Notes: generated from the letters alone by a model not told the origin. A stretch of 64,000 bases of DNA from an uncultured Verrucomicrobiae bacterium (GCA_963726745.1 CAVSDR010000007.1:77817-141816), one strand, 5' to 3'. Shown: positions 18,741 to 29,252, counted from the first letter of the stretch. Numbers and translations: made by a program.

Positions 18741-19733
18741 TTATTGGTTGGCCAACGAGCGGGTCTGTCGTTCGCGCTTCCACGAGGCCCGCCACGCTGT
18801 CGCGGCCCGGCTTTCCAGCAACTGCGAAACGATCGCCGGGACGGTCTTTGCGAGGATGGCCAGGTCGAGCGCCGGAGACATGTTCTTCCCGTAGAAAATA
18901 TCCATCGCGATCATCTCGCTGAAGGTGGTTTTATTTTTGCCGTTCACCTGCCAGTAGCCAGTTAGACCGGGCGGGGCGTTCACCCGCTCGCGCTGCCAGG
19001 GCTGGTAACGTCCGAATTCATGCACCGTGCAGGGCCGCGGCCCGACCAGGCTCATCTCGCCGAAGAGGACGTTGAAGAGTTGGGGCAACTCGTCGAGGCC
19101 GGCCGCACGGAGAAAGCGCCCGCAGCCGATCAGGCGGGGATCGCCCTGTGCATCCAGCTTGGTCATCGGGACGTCGGCCTCCATCAAGCGCTCGAGGTGG
19201 GATTCGTGCAACTGCGTCTCCACATTCACGCGCATCGTCCGGAATTTTGTGATTAAGAAGCGCCGGCCATGATAGCCGATGCGTTCCTGGCGATAGAAAA
19301 CCGGGCCCGGCGAGGAAAGTTTAATCCCGAGCATGATCGCCAGCATGACCGGCAACCAGAGAGGCCAGGTGGCAAGGATAAGGAAACAATCCAGGCATCG
19401 TTTCCAAAGAGGAATCTGCGCCGACTGCGGTTCTGCGGTAGTGGGCAGATCGGGCGCTTCCAGCGCAGTGGATGGGGGGGGCATGAAGTCGAGCGCAGAC
19501 GCGGCCTGGTTCGTCGAAGTGGGCGCTGGTCCGGGCTGCAGGTCGCCATCAGGAGCGAGCGCCTTGTCATGGGCGATCCGTTCCAAGACAGCGGAAGTGA
19601 TAATCTGGGAAAGAGAGTTTGGGCGAGGGGGCAGCGCCGCCGCAGCCGGATTGAAGGCCTGCGGGCGAGTGCCAGGGCGCGCCGAACGGCTGCTGCCATT
19701 CCGCTTTTCCGCCAAGTGTTCCCCGTTTCGCAT
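18741..19733 (-). CDS. Priming sugar transferase (polyprenyl-phosphate phosphoglycosyl transferase)
   Basis: KRCLD, KFRTM, DPR, LDELPQLFNV...MSLVGPRP, PGLTGYWQV. Start uncertain. Confidence 0.9.
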   Translation of the reverse strand: MRNGEHLAEKRNGSSRSARPGTRPQAFNPAAAALPPRPNSLSQIITSAVLERIAHDKALAPDGDLQPGPAPTSTNQAASALDFMPPPSTALEAPDLPTTAEPQSAQIPLWKRCLDCFLILATWPLWLPVMLAIMLGIKLSSPGPVFYRQERIGYHGRRFLITKFRTMRVNVETQLHESHLERLMEADVPMTKLDAQGDPRLIGCGRFLRAAGLDELPQLFNVLFGEMSLVGPRPCTVHEFGRYQPWQRERVNAPPGLTGYWQVNGKNKTTFSEMIAMDIFYGKNMSPALDLAILAKTVPAIVSQLLESRAATAWRASWKRERQTRSLANQ

Positions 19734-20158
19734 CGTCATTACTACGGAAAGGACGGAGTGATGGTCGGAAAGATGGAAGAAATTTGAGCGCAGGGCGGGC
19801 TGCCGCCCTTGGTCGTTCCGTCGATTGGTCGGAAAAACTCTGAGCAACTCATTAGAAAATTATGGTTAGCGACGATAAGGGTCGTATAATCGCTAGAGTG
19901 ACTGAGATAACCACAAAGGTTCTCTCATCGTCAACTCTTCTCCGCGTCCATGCCGGTAAACGCGGTCGTTCTTGGGGGTGAAAATCAGCGAATGATTTTA
20001 GGCATAATTTGTCAATGTCCTACAGCCCGCACGATCCCTGGTCTGGAAACACCTCTTCATGCCCGAAGGGGTTCAGTTGTGCGAAATTTTAAGCAGCAAC
20101 GCAAGCCCTTCTTCGGCCACCAAGGCTGGAACCGGAGCGGTTCGGTGGCGACGGGCGG

Positions 20159-20380
20159 TCAGTGTAGAGCCGGCGCCGCGGGGTGCACTGCCGTCGCGGG
20201 CGAGGCGAGGAGTCCCCTGGCTGTGGCGAAGGTCGGCCGGGCTCCTGAACGATGGCGAGGCCGCTGGACGGAATGAAAACCGCCCGCATCTTCCCAGCCT
20301 TCAGGTGCGCGGCGCGCGGCCAACGCGAGCAGGCCGACGGTGCAGATACCAGAGAGCGAGAGGATCATGGCGGTGAGCAT
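20159..20380 (-). CDS. Small membrane-anchored hypothetical protein
   Basis: MLTAMILSLSGICTVGLLALAARRAPEGWEDAGGFH: one hydrophobic segment followed by an APEGxEDxxGFH motif. Confidence 0.5.
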   Translation of the reverse strand: MLTAMILSLSGICTVGLLALAARRAPEGWEDAGGFHSVQRPRHRSGARPTFATARGLLASPATAVHPAAPALH

Positions 20381-20647
20381 GGCTTCGTTTTGAGCAGGTG
20401 ATGTGCCGACCTCTGAGAGTCTTTGCCGCTTCCACCTGAGGCAAGGAGTCCCTCGTTTGGAGTGGAAGCTGCTTAGATTTCCGCAGCCCCGTGTGAGAAA
20501 GCTGGTTTTGAGCGAACTTTTCTCGGAACTTTGACGACCGCATTGCGGAGAAGCAGGGAGACGGACTGCCGTAGACGGAGTTTCCATCGCTGCTTGCTAA
20601 AACACGAACCGCAGATAAAAACGACATCCCTCTTCCTTCGCCCCGCG

Positions 20648-22030
20648 ATGCGACACCTCCCCAGATTTTTCAGATTGCTTCAGGTTGCCGGCGGCATTGC
20701 GGCGACCTTGTCGGCTATTTCTTCGGCCGAGGCCCAGGTTGCGGTGGAAAAATTCCGCTCTTCGCCCTCCGAGGCGGGCGCCGCGTCGAGCCTGCCGGCT
20801 TCCCCGACGGACGAGGGCTCTCTTTCTTCCTCGGGAGTCGCGGTCGAGCTCGACGCTCCGAACGATCTCCCCACCCTGGAGGTAAATCCAGGGAGCGCGG
20901 TTTCGGCTGTGCCGAAGCGTTTCCAATACGCCGTCCGCCTGGCCGTTCGGGGTGTTTTTGACGACAACATCTACCTGCGCCACACCCAGCCGATTGAAGA
21001 TTTTTACTTCGCGATCGAGCCTGGCATTTCCCTCGGCTTTGGCGACATCGTGGGCGCGGAGATGAACTCCATCCGGCTCGATTACGCCCCCAGCATCTTC
21101 CTCTACGGCGAAAACTCGGCCGCGAATGCGGTGCAGCACCTGGTCCGGCTGGAAGCGCGTTACCGCTTTGCGCATCTCTCGCTCGGCCTCACCCAGGAAA
21201 TCCAACTGCTTGAAGGAGCGAATCCCGTGAGCGGCACCGCCGGTTTCAACCTCACCCCCACGATCAATCTCGACACGGGCGGGAACACCTCGGTGAACAT
21301 CTACAACACCCGCGCGACCTTCAGCTACGACCTGACCGGGAAGACTTTCGCCAGCGGCGGGGTGAATTTCAGCGCCTCTGAGTACGACGTGCAGCTCATC
21401 AGCTCGCAACAGATCCAGGGAAATCTCTTCCTTAACTACATCTACAGTCCCAAGCTCACTTTTGGCCTCGGCGGCACTCTCGGATACAACGCAGTCGAGG
21501 GCCCGAGCCCGGATCAAACTTTCGAGCAAATCAACCTGCGCCTCACCTACCAACTCAGCGGGAAAGTCAGCCTCGACGGCTCCGCCGGTCTCGAGTGGCG
21601 ACAATTTGACGGCACTCTCAGCAGCGAGACCAACCTTTCCCCGGTCTACGAGCTGGGGCTCAGCTATCAGCCTTTTGACGGCACCACGGTTTCTTTGCAG
21701 GGCTCGCGCCGGACCCAAAATTCCGCCGTCTTCGCTGGCCAGGATTACTCCACCTCGAGCATCAACCTGAGCGTCCGGCAGCGCTTCCTCCGCCGCCTTT
21801 ACCTTGGGGTCGCCGGCGGTTACGAGCGTTCCGATTATTTCAATACCGTCGCGCTCGTCTCGGCCACCCGCAGCGACGATTATCTCTTCGTCCAGCCCTC
21901 GATCGATCTGACGTTGACCCGCTACTGGACCGCGGGGATTTATTACCTCCACCGGCGCGACGACAGCTCGTTCGAGACCTATTCCTTCCATGACAATCAA
22001 TTCGGCCTTCGCACTTCGCTCAGCTTCTAG
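20648..22030 (+). CDS. Outer-membrane beta-barrel of polysaccharide export (EpsL/BBP2-like)
   Basis: Signal peptide, FDDNI, amphipathic strands, C-terminal GLRTSLSF; directly upstream of wza and wzc. Confidence 0.8.
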   Translation: MRHLPRFFRLLQVAGGIAATLSAISSAEAQVAVEKFRSSPSEAGAASSLPASPTDEGSLSSSGVAVELDAPNDLPTLEVNPGSAVSAVPKRFQYAVRLAVRGVFDDNIYLRHTQPIEDFYFAIEPGISLGFGDIVGAEMNSIRLDYAPSIFLYGENSAANAVQHLVRLEARYRFAHLSLGLTQEIQLLEGANPVSGTAGFNLTPTINLDTGGNTSVNIYNTRATFSYDLTGKTFASGGVNFSASEYDVQLISSQQIQGNLFLNYIYSPKLTFGLGGTLGYNAVEGPSPDQTFEQINLRLTYQLSGKVSLDGSAGLEWRQFDGTLSSETNLSPVYELGLSYQPFDGTTVSLQGSRRTQNSAVFAGQDYSTSSINLSVRQRFLRRLYLGVAGGYERSDYFNTVALVSATRSDDYLFVQPSIDLTLTRYWTAGIYYLHRRDDSSFETYSFHDNQFGLRTSLSF

Positions 22031-22652
22031 CGTTCTTCTCGCGCTCCTCTTTCTCGCGTTCCCTTGCCGCGGGCAAAACGTGCCGCCAGCCGCCGCCGCG
22101 CCCGCCTCGAGCAGCAATACCGGGGTGGCTGCCAGCGGCGTGAGCGCGCCAGCAGGATACCAACTCAGCGCAAACGACCAGGTCGCGGTGGAAGTTTTCG
22201 GCGAAGAGGACCTGCGCACCAACGCGCGTCTCAATGGCGAAGGGAATCTCAGCCTGCCGCTCCTTGGCTCCGTCCATGTCGCCGGACTCACCCTCACCCA
22301 GGCCGCCGCGCGGCTGACTGAGCTTTACGGGAAAGATTACCTGGTTAACCCCAAGGTAAACGTCACCCTCGTCGGCTACGCCAAGCGCCGCTTTACCGTC
22401 CTCGGCCAGGTGAATCGCCCGGGCAGCTACGAAATGCCCGATGGCAGCCCCGGCGGGATCGATTTGCTCGAAGCTGTGGCCATGGCTGGCGGCTACACCC
22501 GCATCGCTGCGCCCGAGCGGATCAGCGTCAGGCGCGAAGGAGGCAACGGCGATCAAGTCCTGCGCGTGAACGGAAAACGTGCGGCCAAGGGCGAAGGGTC
22601 TTTCGTGGTCAAGCCGGGCGATACCATCACCGTCGGCGAAAGCATTTTCTAG
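21990..22652 (+). CDS. wza: Polysaccharide export protein (Wza/OPX family, SLBB domain)
   Basis: YQLSANDQVAVEVFGEEDL, GNLSLPLLG, VLGQVNRPG, KPGDTITV. Confidence 0.88.
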   Translation: MTINSAFALRSASSVLLALLFLAFPCRGQNVPPAAAAPASSSNTGVAASGVSAPAGYQLSANDQVAVEVFGEEDLRTNARLNGEGNLSLPLLGSVHVAGLTLTQAAARLTELYGKDYLVNPKVNVTLVGYAKRRFTVLGQVNRPGSYEMPDGSPGGIDLLEAVAMAGGYTRIAAPERISVRREGGNGDQVLRVNGKRAAKGEGSFVVKPGDTITVGESIF

Positions 22653-22746
22653 CTCCGCATCCCTATACCTGAAGCTTCCATTGCCTGCCTGCCGGAATTG
22701 CGGTAGGCCTTGAAGGAAGTTTTTCCCCATCTCCCGTAAACACCCG

Positions 22747-25251
22747 ATGCCTCCGCAATCCGCCGTCTCCCCCGCTCCCGCGCCGCACCTTCCCGGCCCC
22801 GTCTTCTCGCCTACGACCGGCACCTCGATCGACCCGCATGGGGAGCGCCGCGGCTTCGATTTCCGGCAGTTCTGGCATGCGCTCATGGAGAAGCTCTGGA
22901 TCCTCGCCCTCTGTGTTTTTGGCGGCTTCTTCCTCTCGTTAGGCTATCTCGCGAAAACGCCCAAGCTCTATCAGGGCCACATCGTGCTGGAGGTCGACGT
23001 CCAGGACCCGACGCCGATCCGCTCCGAGGACCCGACGATGCGCCTGCGCGCGATGTTTCTCGCCAGCCAGGAAGCGCTGCGCACGATCGAGCAAAACCTC
23101 ACCAATCGCAGCTTGCTCGCACGCGTGATTCGCTCCGAGGGCCTGGCCGAGGATGGTGGCCGCGCCTTGCTCGGGAAATCCGTAGTCAACGATCTCGGGA
23201 AGGAAAAGGATGCCGCCAAGGACAAGGCGCCCACACCCGCCCCGTTCACCGACGCCGGTTCCGGCGGGCCCACGATCGCACAGGCTACTTTTACGCCGCT
23301 TGAGGAAGCGCTCGGCGGCGCTCTCGCGCGCATGGTCAAGCCGGTGATTCGCCGCGGCACGCGCTTGATCGATGTCTACGTGACCAACAGCGACCCGCAG
23401 CTCGCGCAGCGTCTGGCCGATTCTGTGGGGCGCGAATACATCCGCTATTCGATCGAGCGGCGCGCTTTCAGCAGCCAGGACATGCTCCGCTATCTCATGG
23501 AAGAAGAGGAGCGCCTGAAGAAAAATCTCCAAAAGAGCGAAGCCGCGGTCGCGGAATACAAAGCCACCACGCCGGATGCGCTCCAACTCGGCGGCGGCGC
23601 AGCCACCACGGGCAGCCAGCAAGGCGCGGGCAGCAGCGGCAGCCGGGGCGGCATCGTCGAGGATCGGCTGCAGGAATTAAGCAGCAAGTTGGGCCAGGCG
23701 AAGGCGGAGCGGATGCGCCTCGAGCACGAGCTGCAGCAGATCGGGGAACTCGGCGACAACGTCAGCGGCCTTCTTGCCGTGCCCAGCATCGCCGCCGCGC
23801 CGGCAGTGGTCGACCGTCGCCGCGATGTCGCCCAGCTCGAGGCCGCGGTGGCCCAGCTTTCGCAGCGCTACAAGGACAAGCATCCGAAAATGATGGCAGC
23901 GCGCGCCGCGCTCGATGAAGCCAAGGATGCCCTGCGCCGCACCGCGCTCGCGCAGCCGGATGTCTTGCGGAACCTCCTCGACCAAGCCAAAGCGGCCGAG
24001 AGCAACCTGGCCAGCACCACCGGCGAGCAGGAACAGGCGGCGAAGAATCTCAACCGCGCCGCCATTGGCTATCAGGAACTCGCGCGCCAGGCCGAGACCG
24101 ATCGGGCGCTCTACGAGAGCGTCCTTCGCCAGATCAAGGAAACCAATCTGACCAAAGATGTGAAGACGAATGCGGTGAGCATGATCGAGCGCTCGCCGCT
24201 TCCGGGCGCGCCTGTAAGTCCGCAGCCGAAAAAGGCCATCCTGCTTGGCCTCCTCGGCGGTCTCGCCGCCGGCCTTGGTTTGGTCTACGGCCTCGACATT
24301 CTCGATCGCTCGATCAAAACCGTCGACCAGGCAGAGGCGATCCTTGGTTTGCCGGTGCTCGCAGCCATGCCGGAGATCAGCAAGGAAGACGCTGCCGAGG
24401 GGACGACAATCAAAGCCGCGCCGCCCGCAGCCAGTTACCGTCTGGTCGCGGAAGCGCCGGAAGGGCCGGCCGCAGAAGCGTTCCGGAATCTGCGCGCCTC
24501 GCTTTCGCTCCTGGGCCCGGAAGCCGAGCGCCGCGTCTTCCTCTTCACCAGCGCGGTCCCGAGCGAAGGGAAAAGTTTCTCCAGCGCGAACTACTCGTTA
24601 GCCCTCGCGCAGCAAGGTCATCGCGTGCTTTTGATTGATGGCGATCTCCGCCGTCCGAGCCTGCACAAGATTTTCCTGCCTACGCAGTCGACGCAGCAGC
24701 CCGAGGAAATTCCCGGCATCGTCGACTATCTCGTGGGCGCAACTGATCTCGCCTCCGCGGTCCATTCCGTGACTGCCGACCGCCTCGATCCTTCCCTGCA
24801 AAAAGGCAACCAATCGAACATCATCGCCGCCACTGCCGGCCAGCTATTCATCCTCACCGGCGGCCGGCGCGCGCCGAACCCGGCCGAACTCTTGAGCGGC
24901 CCATCGTTCGCCCGATTGGTCGCGGAAGCTTCGCAAATGTTCGACCGCGTGGTCATCGACACCGCGCCCATTCTCGCGGTTAGCGACACGCTTTTGATGA
25001 CGCCGATGGTGCAGACCGTGTGCGTGGTCGTGCGGGCAAACAAGACGCCGCGCAATGCCGTCCAGCGCGCGCTCGGGATGCTCGCGGGCGCCGGCGGCCG
25101 GCCGGCCGGGGTGATCTTGAACCGGCTCCCGCGAAATCGTGGTGCTGGCTACTATTACTACTACGCTTCCCCCGGCTACGGCAAAGGCGAGGGCGCCTAC
25201 GGGAGCACCAGTGAGCGCTCACGGCGCTCGGGCAAAACCCGCGCGAGCTAA
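22747..25251 (+). CDS. wzc: Wzc polysaccharide co-polymerase / BY-kinase
   Basis: TSAVPSEGKS Walker A, LLIDGDLRRP, VIDTAP, and C-terminal Tyr cluster GYYYYYASPGYG. Confidence 0.92.
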   Translation: MPPQSAVSPAPAPHLPGPVFSPTTGTSIDPHGERRGFDFRQFWHALMEKLWILALCVFGGFFLSLGYLAKTPKLYQGHIVLEVDVQDPTPIRSEDPTMRLRAMFLASQEALRTIEQNLTNRSLLARVIRSEGLAEDGGRALLGKSVVNDLGKEKDAAKDKAPTPAPFTDAGSGGPTIAQATFTPLEEALGGALARMVKPVIRRGTRLIDVYVTNSDPQLAQRLADSVGREYIRYSIERRAFSSQDMLRYLMEEEERLKKNLQKSEAAVAEYKATTPDALQLGGGAATTGSQQGAGSSGSRGGIVEDRLQELSSKLGQAKAERMRLEHELQQIGELGDNVSGLLAVPSIAAAPAVVDRRRDVAQLEAAVAQLSQRYKDKHPKMMAARAALDEAKDALRRTALAQPDVLRNLLDQAKAAESNLASTTGEQEQAAKNLNRAAIGYQELARQAETDRALYESVLRQIKETNLTKDVKTNAVSMIERSPLPGAPVSPQPKKAILLGLLGGLAAGLGLVYGLDILDRSIKTVDQAEAILGLPVLAAMPEISKEDAAEGTTIKAAPPAASYRLVAEAPEGPAAEAFRNLRASLSLLGPEAERRVFLFTSAVPSEGKSFSSANYSLALAQQGHRVLLIDGDLRRPSLHKIFLPTQSTQQPEEIPGIVDYLVGATDLASAVHSVTADRLDPSLQKGNQSNIIAATAGQLFILTGGRRAPNPAELLSGPSFARLVAEASQMFDRVVIDTAPILAVSDTLLMTPMVQTVCVVVRANKTPRNAVQRALGMLAGAGGRPAGVILNRLPRNRGAGYYYYYASPGYGKGEGAYGSTSERSRRSGKTRAS

Positions 25252-26231
25252 GCCAGCTCCGCCAGTTCCGCCTGCACCATCTCGCTGACTAATTCCTCGA
25301 AGGTCGTCCGCGGGGCCCATCCGAGCTCGCGCTGAATCTTCTCGGGCGAGCCGACAAGCTGGGTGGGCTCGGCCGGCCGGGTCAGGGCTTCGCTCCGGCG
25401 CAGGTATTTCTCGGGAGCCAACTTCACTTCCGCGAAGGCCGCCTCCACAAAGTCCTGCACCGAGTGCGTCTGCCCCGTGGCCACGATGTAATCGTCAGCC
25501 GTCGGGTGCTGCAGCATGCGCCACATCGCCTCGACGTATTCGCGCGCGTGTCCCCAGTCGCGTCGCGCGGAAGTGTCGCCGAGCACGAGTTCGTCTTCCA
25601 TCCCGCGCGCGATCCGCGCGACCGCGCGCGCGATCTTCCGCGTAACGAAGTTTTCCCCGCGCCGCGGCGACTCGTGGTTATAGAGAATGCCGTTGCAAGC
25701 GAAGAGCCCGTAAGATTGCCGGTAAACCCGCACCATCTGGCTGGCAAAAACCTTGGCCACGCCATACGGGCTGGTCGGGGCAAAGCGGGTTTCCTCGGTT
25801 TGCGGCGACTCGCTCGCCCGGCCGAAAACCTCCGAGGTCGAGGCATGGTAAAACTTTACCGGCTGCGGCTGGTCGCGCACGATCTCCAGCAATCGCAAAG
25901 TAGCCATCGCGATCTCTTCGCAGGTCGATTCCGGAATCTCGAAACTCAAACCAACGTGGCTTTGTCCTGCGAGATGGTAGACCTCACTCGGCCGCACGTT
26001 TGCGAAAATTCGCCGGAGCGTCGTCCCGTCCGAGAGATCGCCGTAGTGCAGCGACAGGCATTCACCGGTGCCGGCTTCTTCGCGCCGCAGATGCTCGATG
26101 CGCGAGCGCGCAATATTGCTCGTGCGCCGCACGATCCCGTGGACCGCGTAGCCTTTGCCGAGGAGCAGCTCGGTGAGATACGATCCGTCCTGTCCCGTAA
26201 TCCCGGTGATGAGCGCAATCTTCTCGGCCAT
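25248..26231 (-). CDS. gmd: GDP-mannose 4,6-dehydratase
   Basis: ALITGITGQDGSYL, LAGQSHV, SPYGVAK, NHESPRRGENFVTRKI. Confidence 0.95.
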   Translation of the reverse strand: MAEKIALITGITGQDGSYLTELLLGKGYAVHGIVRRTSNIARSRIEHLRREEAGTGECLSLHYGDLSDGTTLRRIFANVRPSEVYHLAGQSHVGLSFEIPESTCEEIAMATLRLLEIVRDQPQPVKFYHASTSEVFGRASESPQTEETRFAPTSPYGVAKVFASQMVRVYRQSYGLFACNGILYNHESPRRGENFVTRKIARAVARIARGMEDELVLGDTSARRDWGHAREYVEAMWRMLQHPTADDYIVATGQTHSVQDFVEAAFAEVKLAPEKYLRRSEALTRPAEPTQLVGSPEKIQRELGWAPRTTFEELVSEMVQAELAELA

Positions 26232-26273
26232 GTGGCTGTTTGCTTACCGCCCCGGGGGAGCGTGCGCAACTCG

Positions 26274-27521
26274 TTAGGCCGCCGCTTCCAGCTCCGCGCG
26301 GCTGATTCCGCGGAGCTCGTAGAGCCGGATGAGCGTCTCTTCGATCAAATTGTTCGGGCACGATGCACCCGCGGTAATGCCGGCAAGAATGCGGCCTTCC
26401 GGCAGCCAGCCGCGCGTCACGACTTCCGCTTTCTGGTGCAGGTCGTAATGCGTGATTTCCTCGCGCGAGTTCAACCGCGAAGCGTTGCGCACGAAATAGG
26501 TCGGCAATTTCTCCTCGCCCATTTCCGCCAGGTGCGAAGTGTTTGAGGAGTTGTAGCCGCCGACCACGAGCAGGAAATCCATCGGCGCCGTGAGCAACTC
26601 GCGGAGCGCATCCTGGCGTTCCTGCGTCGCCCCGCAAATGGTGTCGAAGAAGCGGAAATTCTGCGCCCCCAGCTCGGCTCCGTCGCGGTCCGCGATCGCC
26701 TGGCGGATGCGGCGCTGCACTTCCTCCGTTTCGCCACGCAGCATCGTCGTCTGGTTGGCTACGCCGACCGTCCGGAGATGCAGGTCGGGATCGAAACCGG
26801 GAGAGTAGGCGTCGCGAAACTTTTCCAGAAACTGCTGCTTGTCTCCGCCGTGGCGGATGTATTCGCAGACGTAATCCGTCTCCGCGAGCGTCAGGACCAC
26901 GAGGTAATGCCCCTTGCCGTCGCCGAGCGCGCGCGAGCTGGTCGCCTTCGTTTCCTCATGCTCGGCTTTCCCGTGAATGATCGAGGTGGCCGATTCGCTG
27001 GCGTATTTCCGCACCCGTTTCCAGACACTCATGACGTCGCCGCAAGTCGTGTCCACGATCTGGCAGCCGCGCTCCTTGATTTTCTGCATCGTCGCCATCT
27101 CGGTGCCAAAAGCCGGGACGATGACCACATCCTCGGGCTGGAGATCATCGATCTCGGCCTCCTTGCCCGGGCCCATCAGGTTCTTGATCCCTAACGAGCG
27201 GATCTGCTCGTTCACCTCCGGGTTATGAATGATCTCGCCGAGAATGAAGAGCCGCCGATCCTGGAAAACTTTCCGTGCGGCATAGGCCAGGTCGATCGCC
27301 CGCTCGACGCCGTAGCAAAAGCCGAATTGCTTCGCCAGCCGCACGGTGATGTCGCCCACGCTGATGATCCCACCATTGCGCCGCACCTTGTCGACGATGT
27401 CGCTGCGATAATGCGTCTCCACCTGCTCCTGCACCGCCGTCATCACTTCGGGCGTGCGCAGGTTCACCTTCTTTTGCAAGGCAGGGGCGCCGGGGACCAG
27501 GTTTGTAGTCACAGCGAGCAC
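26274..27521 (-). CDS. ispH: 4-hydroxy-3-methylbut-2-enyl diphosphate reductase
   Basis: FGFCYGVERA, IIHN, DTTC, NQTT, TICGATQERQ, SSNT, TAGASCP. Confidence 0.95.
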   Translation of the reverse strand: MLAVTTNLVPGAPALQKKVNLRTPEVMTAVQEQVETHYRSDIVDKVRRNGGIISVGDITVRLAKQFGFCYGVERAIDLAYAARKVFQDRRLFILGEIIHNPEVNEQIRSLGIKNLMGPGKEAEIDDLQPEDVVIVPAFGTEMATMQKIKERGCQIVDTTCGDVMSVWKRVRKYASESATSIIHGKAEHEETKATSSRALGDGKGHYLVVLTLAETDYVCEYIRHGGDKQQFLEKFRDAYSPGFDPDLHLRTVGVANQTTMLRGETEEVQRRIRQAIADRDGAELGAQNFRFFDTICGATQERQDALRELLTAPMDFLLVVGGYNSSNTSHLAEMGEEKLPTYFVRNASRLNSREEITHYDLHQKAEVVTRGWLPEGRILAGITAGASCPNNLIEETLIRLYELRGISRAELEAAA

Positions 27522-27545
27522 TATCGGGCAAAGCCCGGCGCGGCG

Positions 27546-28208
27546 CTAGTCCTCCAGCAACGGACCGGCGGGCCGCGAAAAGGCCTCATCGGAAATGGAA
27601 ACGCGCAACGGCGGATCAGGCGTCTTCGAGTCGTCGATCCGCTGGATCTTTGGCCCGATGGTCGCGTCCTCCGGCTGGGTCTCGGCGATGCTCACGGGCG
27701 TGCCGATCTTCACCAGCGCGTAGAACTTCGCCGCCGCTTCACCCTTCAAGCGCAGGCAGCCGTGGCTGCGCGGGCGCACATGGACGAAGCCCTGATGAAA
27801 ACCGTAGGCGGGCGAGAATTCACACCAGTAGCCCATCGGATAGCCGACATATTTGCCGGGAATATTCTTCCCCGCTTCCGCCGGGATGATGCGGTCGCCT
27901 TGCACCCGAAAGCCGTAGGAGCCGGAGCGTTTCTTCTCGATCTTGTTATAGATTTTGAAGTTCCCTTTCGGCGTGGCTTTGCCGGGGATGCCGACGGTCG
28001 TGGCCACCGCCATGAGCACGCGGTCGCCTTCCATCACGTAGACGTTTTGCTTCGCGAGCGAAACTTTCACCCGCACGTTGCTTGGGTTGTTCGGACGCTT
28101 CGCGACCACATGGTAGCTACCGCCGCCGGTGCCGCCAGTTTCGCAACTGGTCAGCAAGGCCGCACCCGCAAGCGCGGCAAGGAACGAGAAACGGGAAAGG
28201 AGTCGCAT
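27546..28208 (-). CDS. L,D-transpeptidase (YkuD) family lipoprotein
   Basis: Lipobox LTSC; GFHQG...SHGCLRL. Confidence 0.88.
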   Translation of the reverse strand: MRLLSRFSFLAALAGAALLTSCETGGTGGGSYHVVAKRPNNPSNVRVKVSLAKQNVYVMEGDRVLMAVATTVGIPGKATPKGNFKIYNKIEKKRSGSYGFRVQGDRIIPAEAGKNIPGKYVGYPMGYWCEFSPAYGFHQGFVHVRPRSHGCLRLKGEAAAKFYALVKIGTPVSIAETQPEDATIGPKIQRIDDSKTPDPPLRVSISDEAFSRPAGPLLED

Positions 28209-28242
28209 AGGTGTGCTATTTGGCCGTGGCTCGTTCGCCTTG

Positions 28243-29244
28243 TCAACCGGTGACCGGTGGCGCGGCGATCACGCGCCCCGCCTCTTCTTTCTCCATCCGC
28301 CGGAGGAGTTTTTCGAAATGCGGCGAGCGATTCGCGTAGGCCGGATACGTCTGCGTGGCGCCATCCGGCCGGTAGCGCCAGTGCTTGTACATCCACAGCC
28401 AGGGTGCCGGGTTCGCGCGGATCACCGGCTCGAATTCATTCCAGCAAGCTTGCGCGATTTCCTGGTGCGTCGCCTCCGGCGGGAAGGAAAGCGCAGGCCG
28501 CAGGACCAGCCGATAGCGTCCATCCGGGAGCGGCTCGCAATACGTTGGGATGATCGGCGCGCCCGTCCGCTGGTGCAGAAAAGCATGCGCGAAAGTCACA
28601 CAGGTCTTCAGTCCAAAGCATTCGATCGGCACACTCGGCAGCTTCGCCGGCACCGTCAGGTCGACAGCCAGCGTCACGCTCCGCCCGGCCTGCAGCGCTT
28701 TATACAAACGCAGGATCGCGCCTTCGCGCCGGATCGTCTGGTGGCCGGAGAGTTCGCGCAGTTGATTAAAGGTCCGGTTCAGCAGGGGGTTCTTGAATTT
28801 CTGCGTCACCACCGTGCAGGGGAAACCGCGCAAACCGAGCGCGAGCGCGATCCACTCGAATCCTCCGTAATGCAGGCAGGCAAAGATCAACCCGCGATCC
28901 CCACGTTCCGCGCGCAATTGCTCCAGCGCAGAGAGATCAAGATACTGCTCCACATTTTCTCTCGTTAGGCGGCCGCTCCAGAAGAGGTCGCCCATGGCGC
29001 GCTCGAAGTATTGGTAGGATTGCCGCACCAGCGTCGCCCGCTCGCTCGCGCTCTTTTCCGGGAAAACCGTCGCCAGGTTAGCCAGCGCGATCGCCCGGCC
29101 CGGCCGGTGAATCTGCGGCGCGGCAAATCCGGTCACGTCCGCGATCCGCTGCCAAAAACCGCGCGGCAACGCCGGCACCAGATGCGCCAGGCCGCGCAGC
29201 CCGAGCCATTCCAACCAATGTCGCCAGCGTTTCCAGTGCACCAT
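28243..29244 (-). CDS. Lipid A lauroyl/palmitoleoyl acyltransferase family (LpxL-like), copy 1
   Basis: HYGGFE (HxxxxE), [18 protein letters not shown]. Confidence 0.82.
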   Translation of the reverse strand: MVHWKRWRHWLEWLGLRGLAHLVPALPRGFWQRIADVTGFAAPQIHRPGRAIALANLATVFPEKSASERATLVRQSYQYFERAMGDLFWSGRLTRENVEQYLDLSALEQLRAERGDRGLIFACLHYGGFEWIALALGLRGFPCTVVTQKFKNPLLNRTFNQLRELSGHQTIRREGAILRLYKALQAGRSVTLAVDLTVPAKLPSVPIECFGLKTCVTFAHAFLHQRTGAPIIPTYCEPLPDGRYRLVLRPALSFPPEATHQEIAQACWNEFEPVIRANPAPWLWMYKHWRYRPDGATQTYPAYANRSPHFEKLLRRMEKEEAGRVIAAPPVTG

Positions 29245-29252
29245 CTTGCTGC

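Noticed and set aside
20597..22297. Long antisense or alternative-frame ORFs (also 47230..48807, 57605..58894, 27225..28253 and others)
   Set aside because: They overlap well-supported genes, have no motifs, and are expected in GC-rich DNA.
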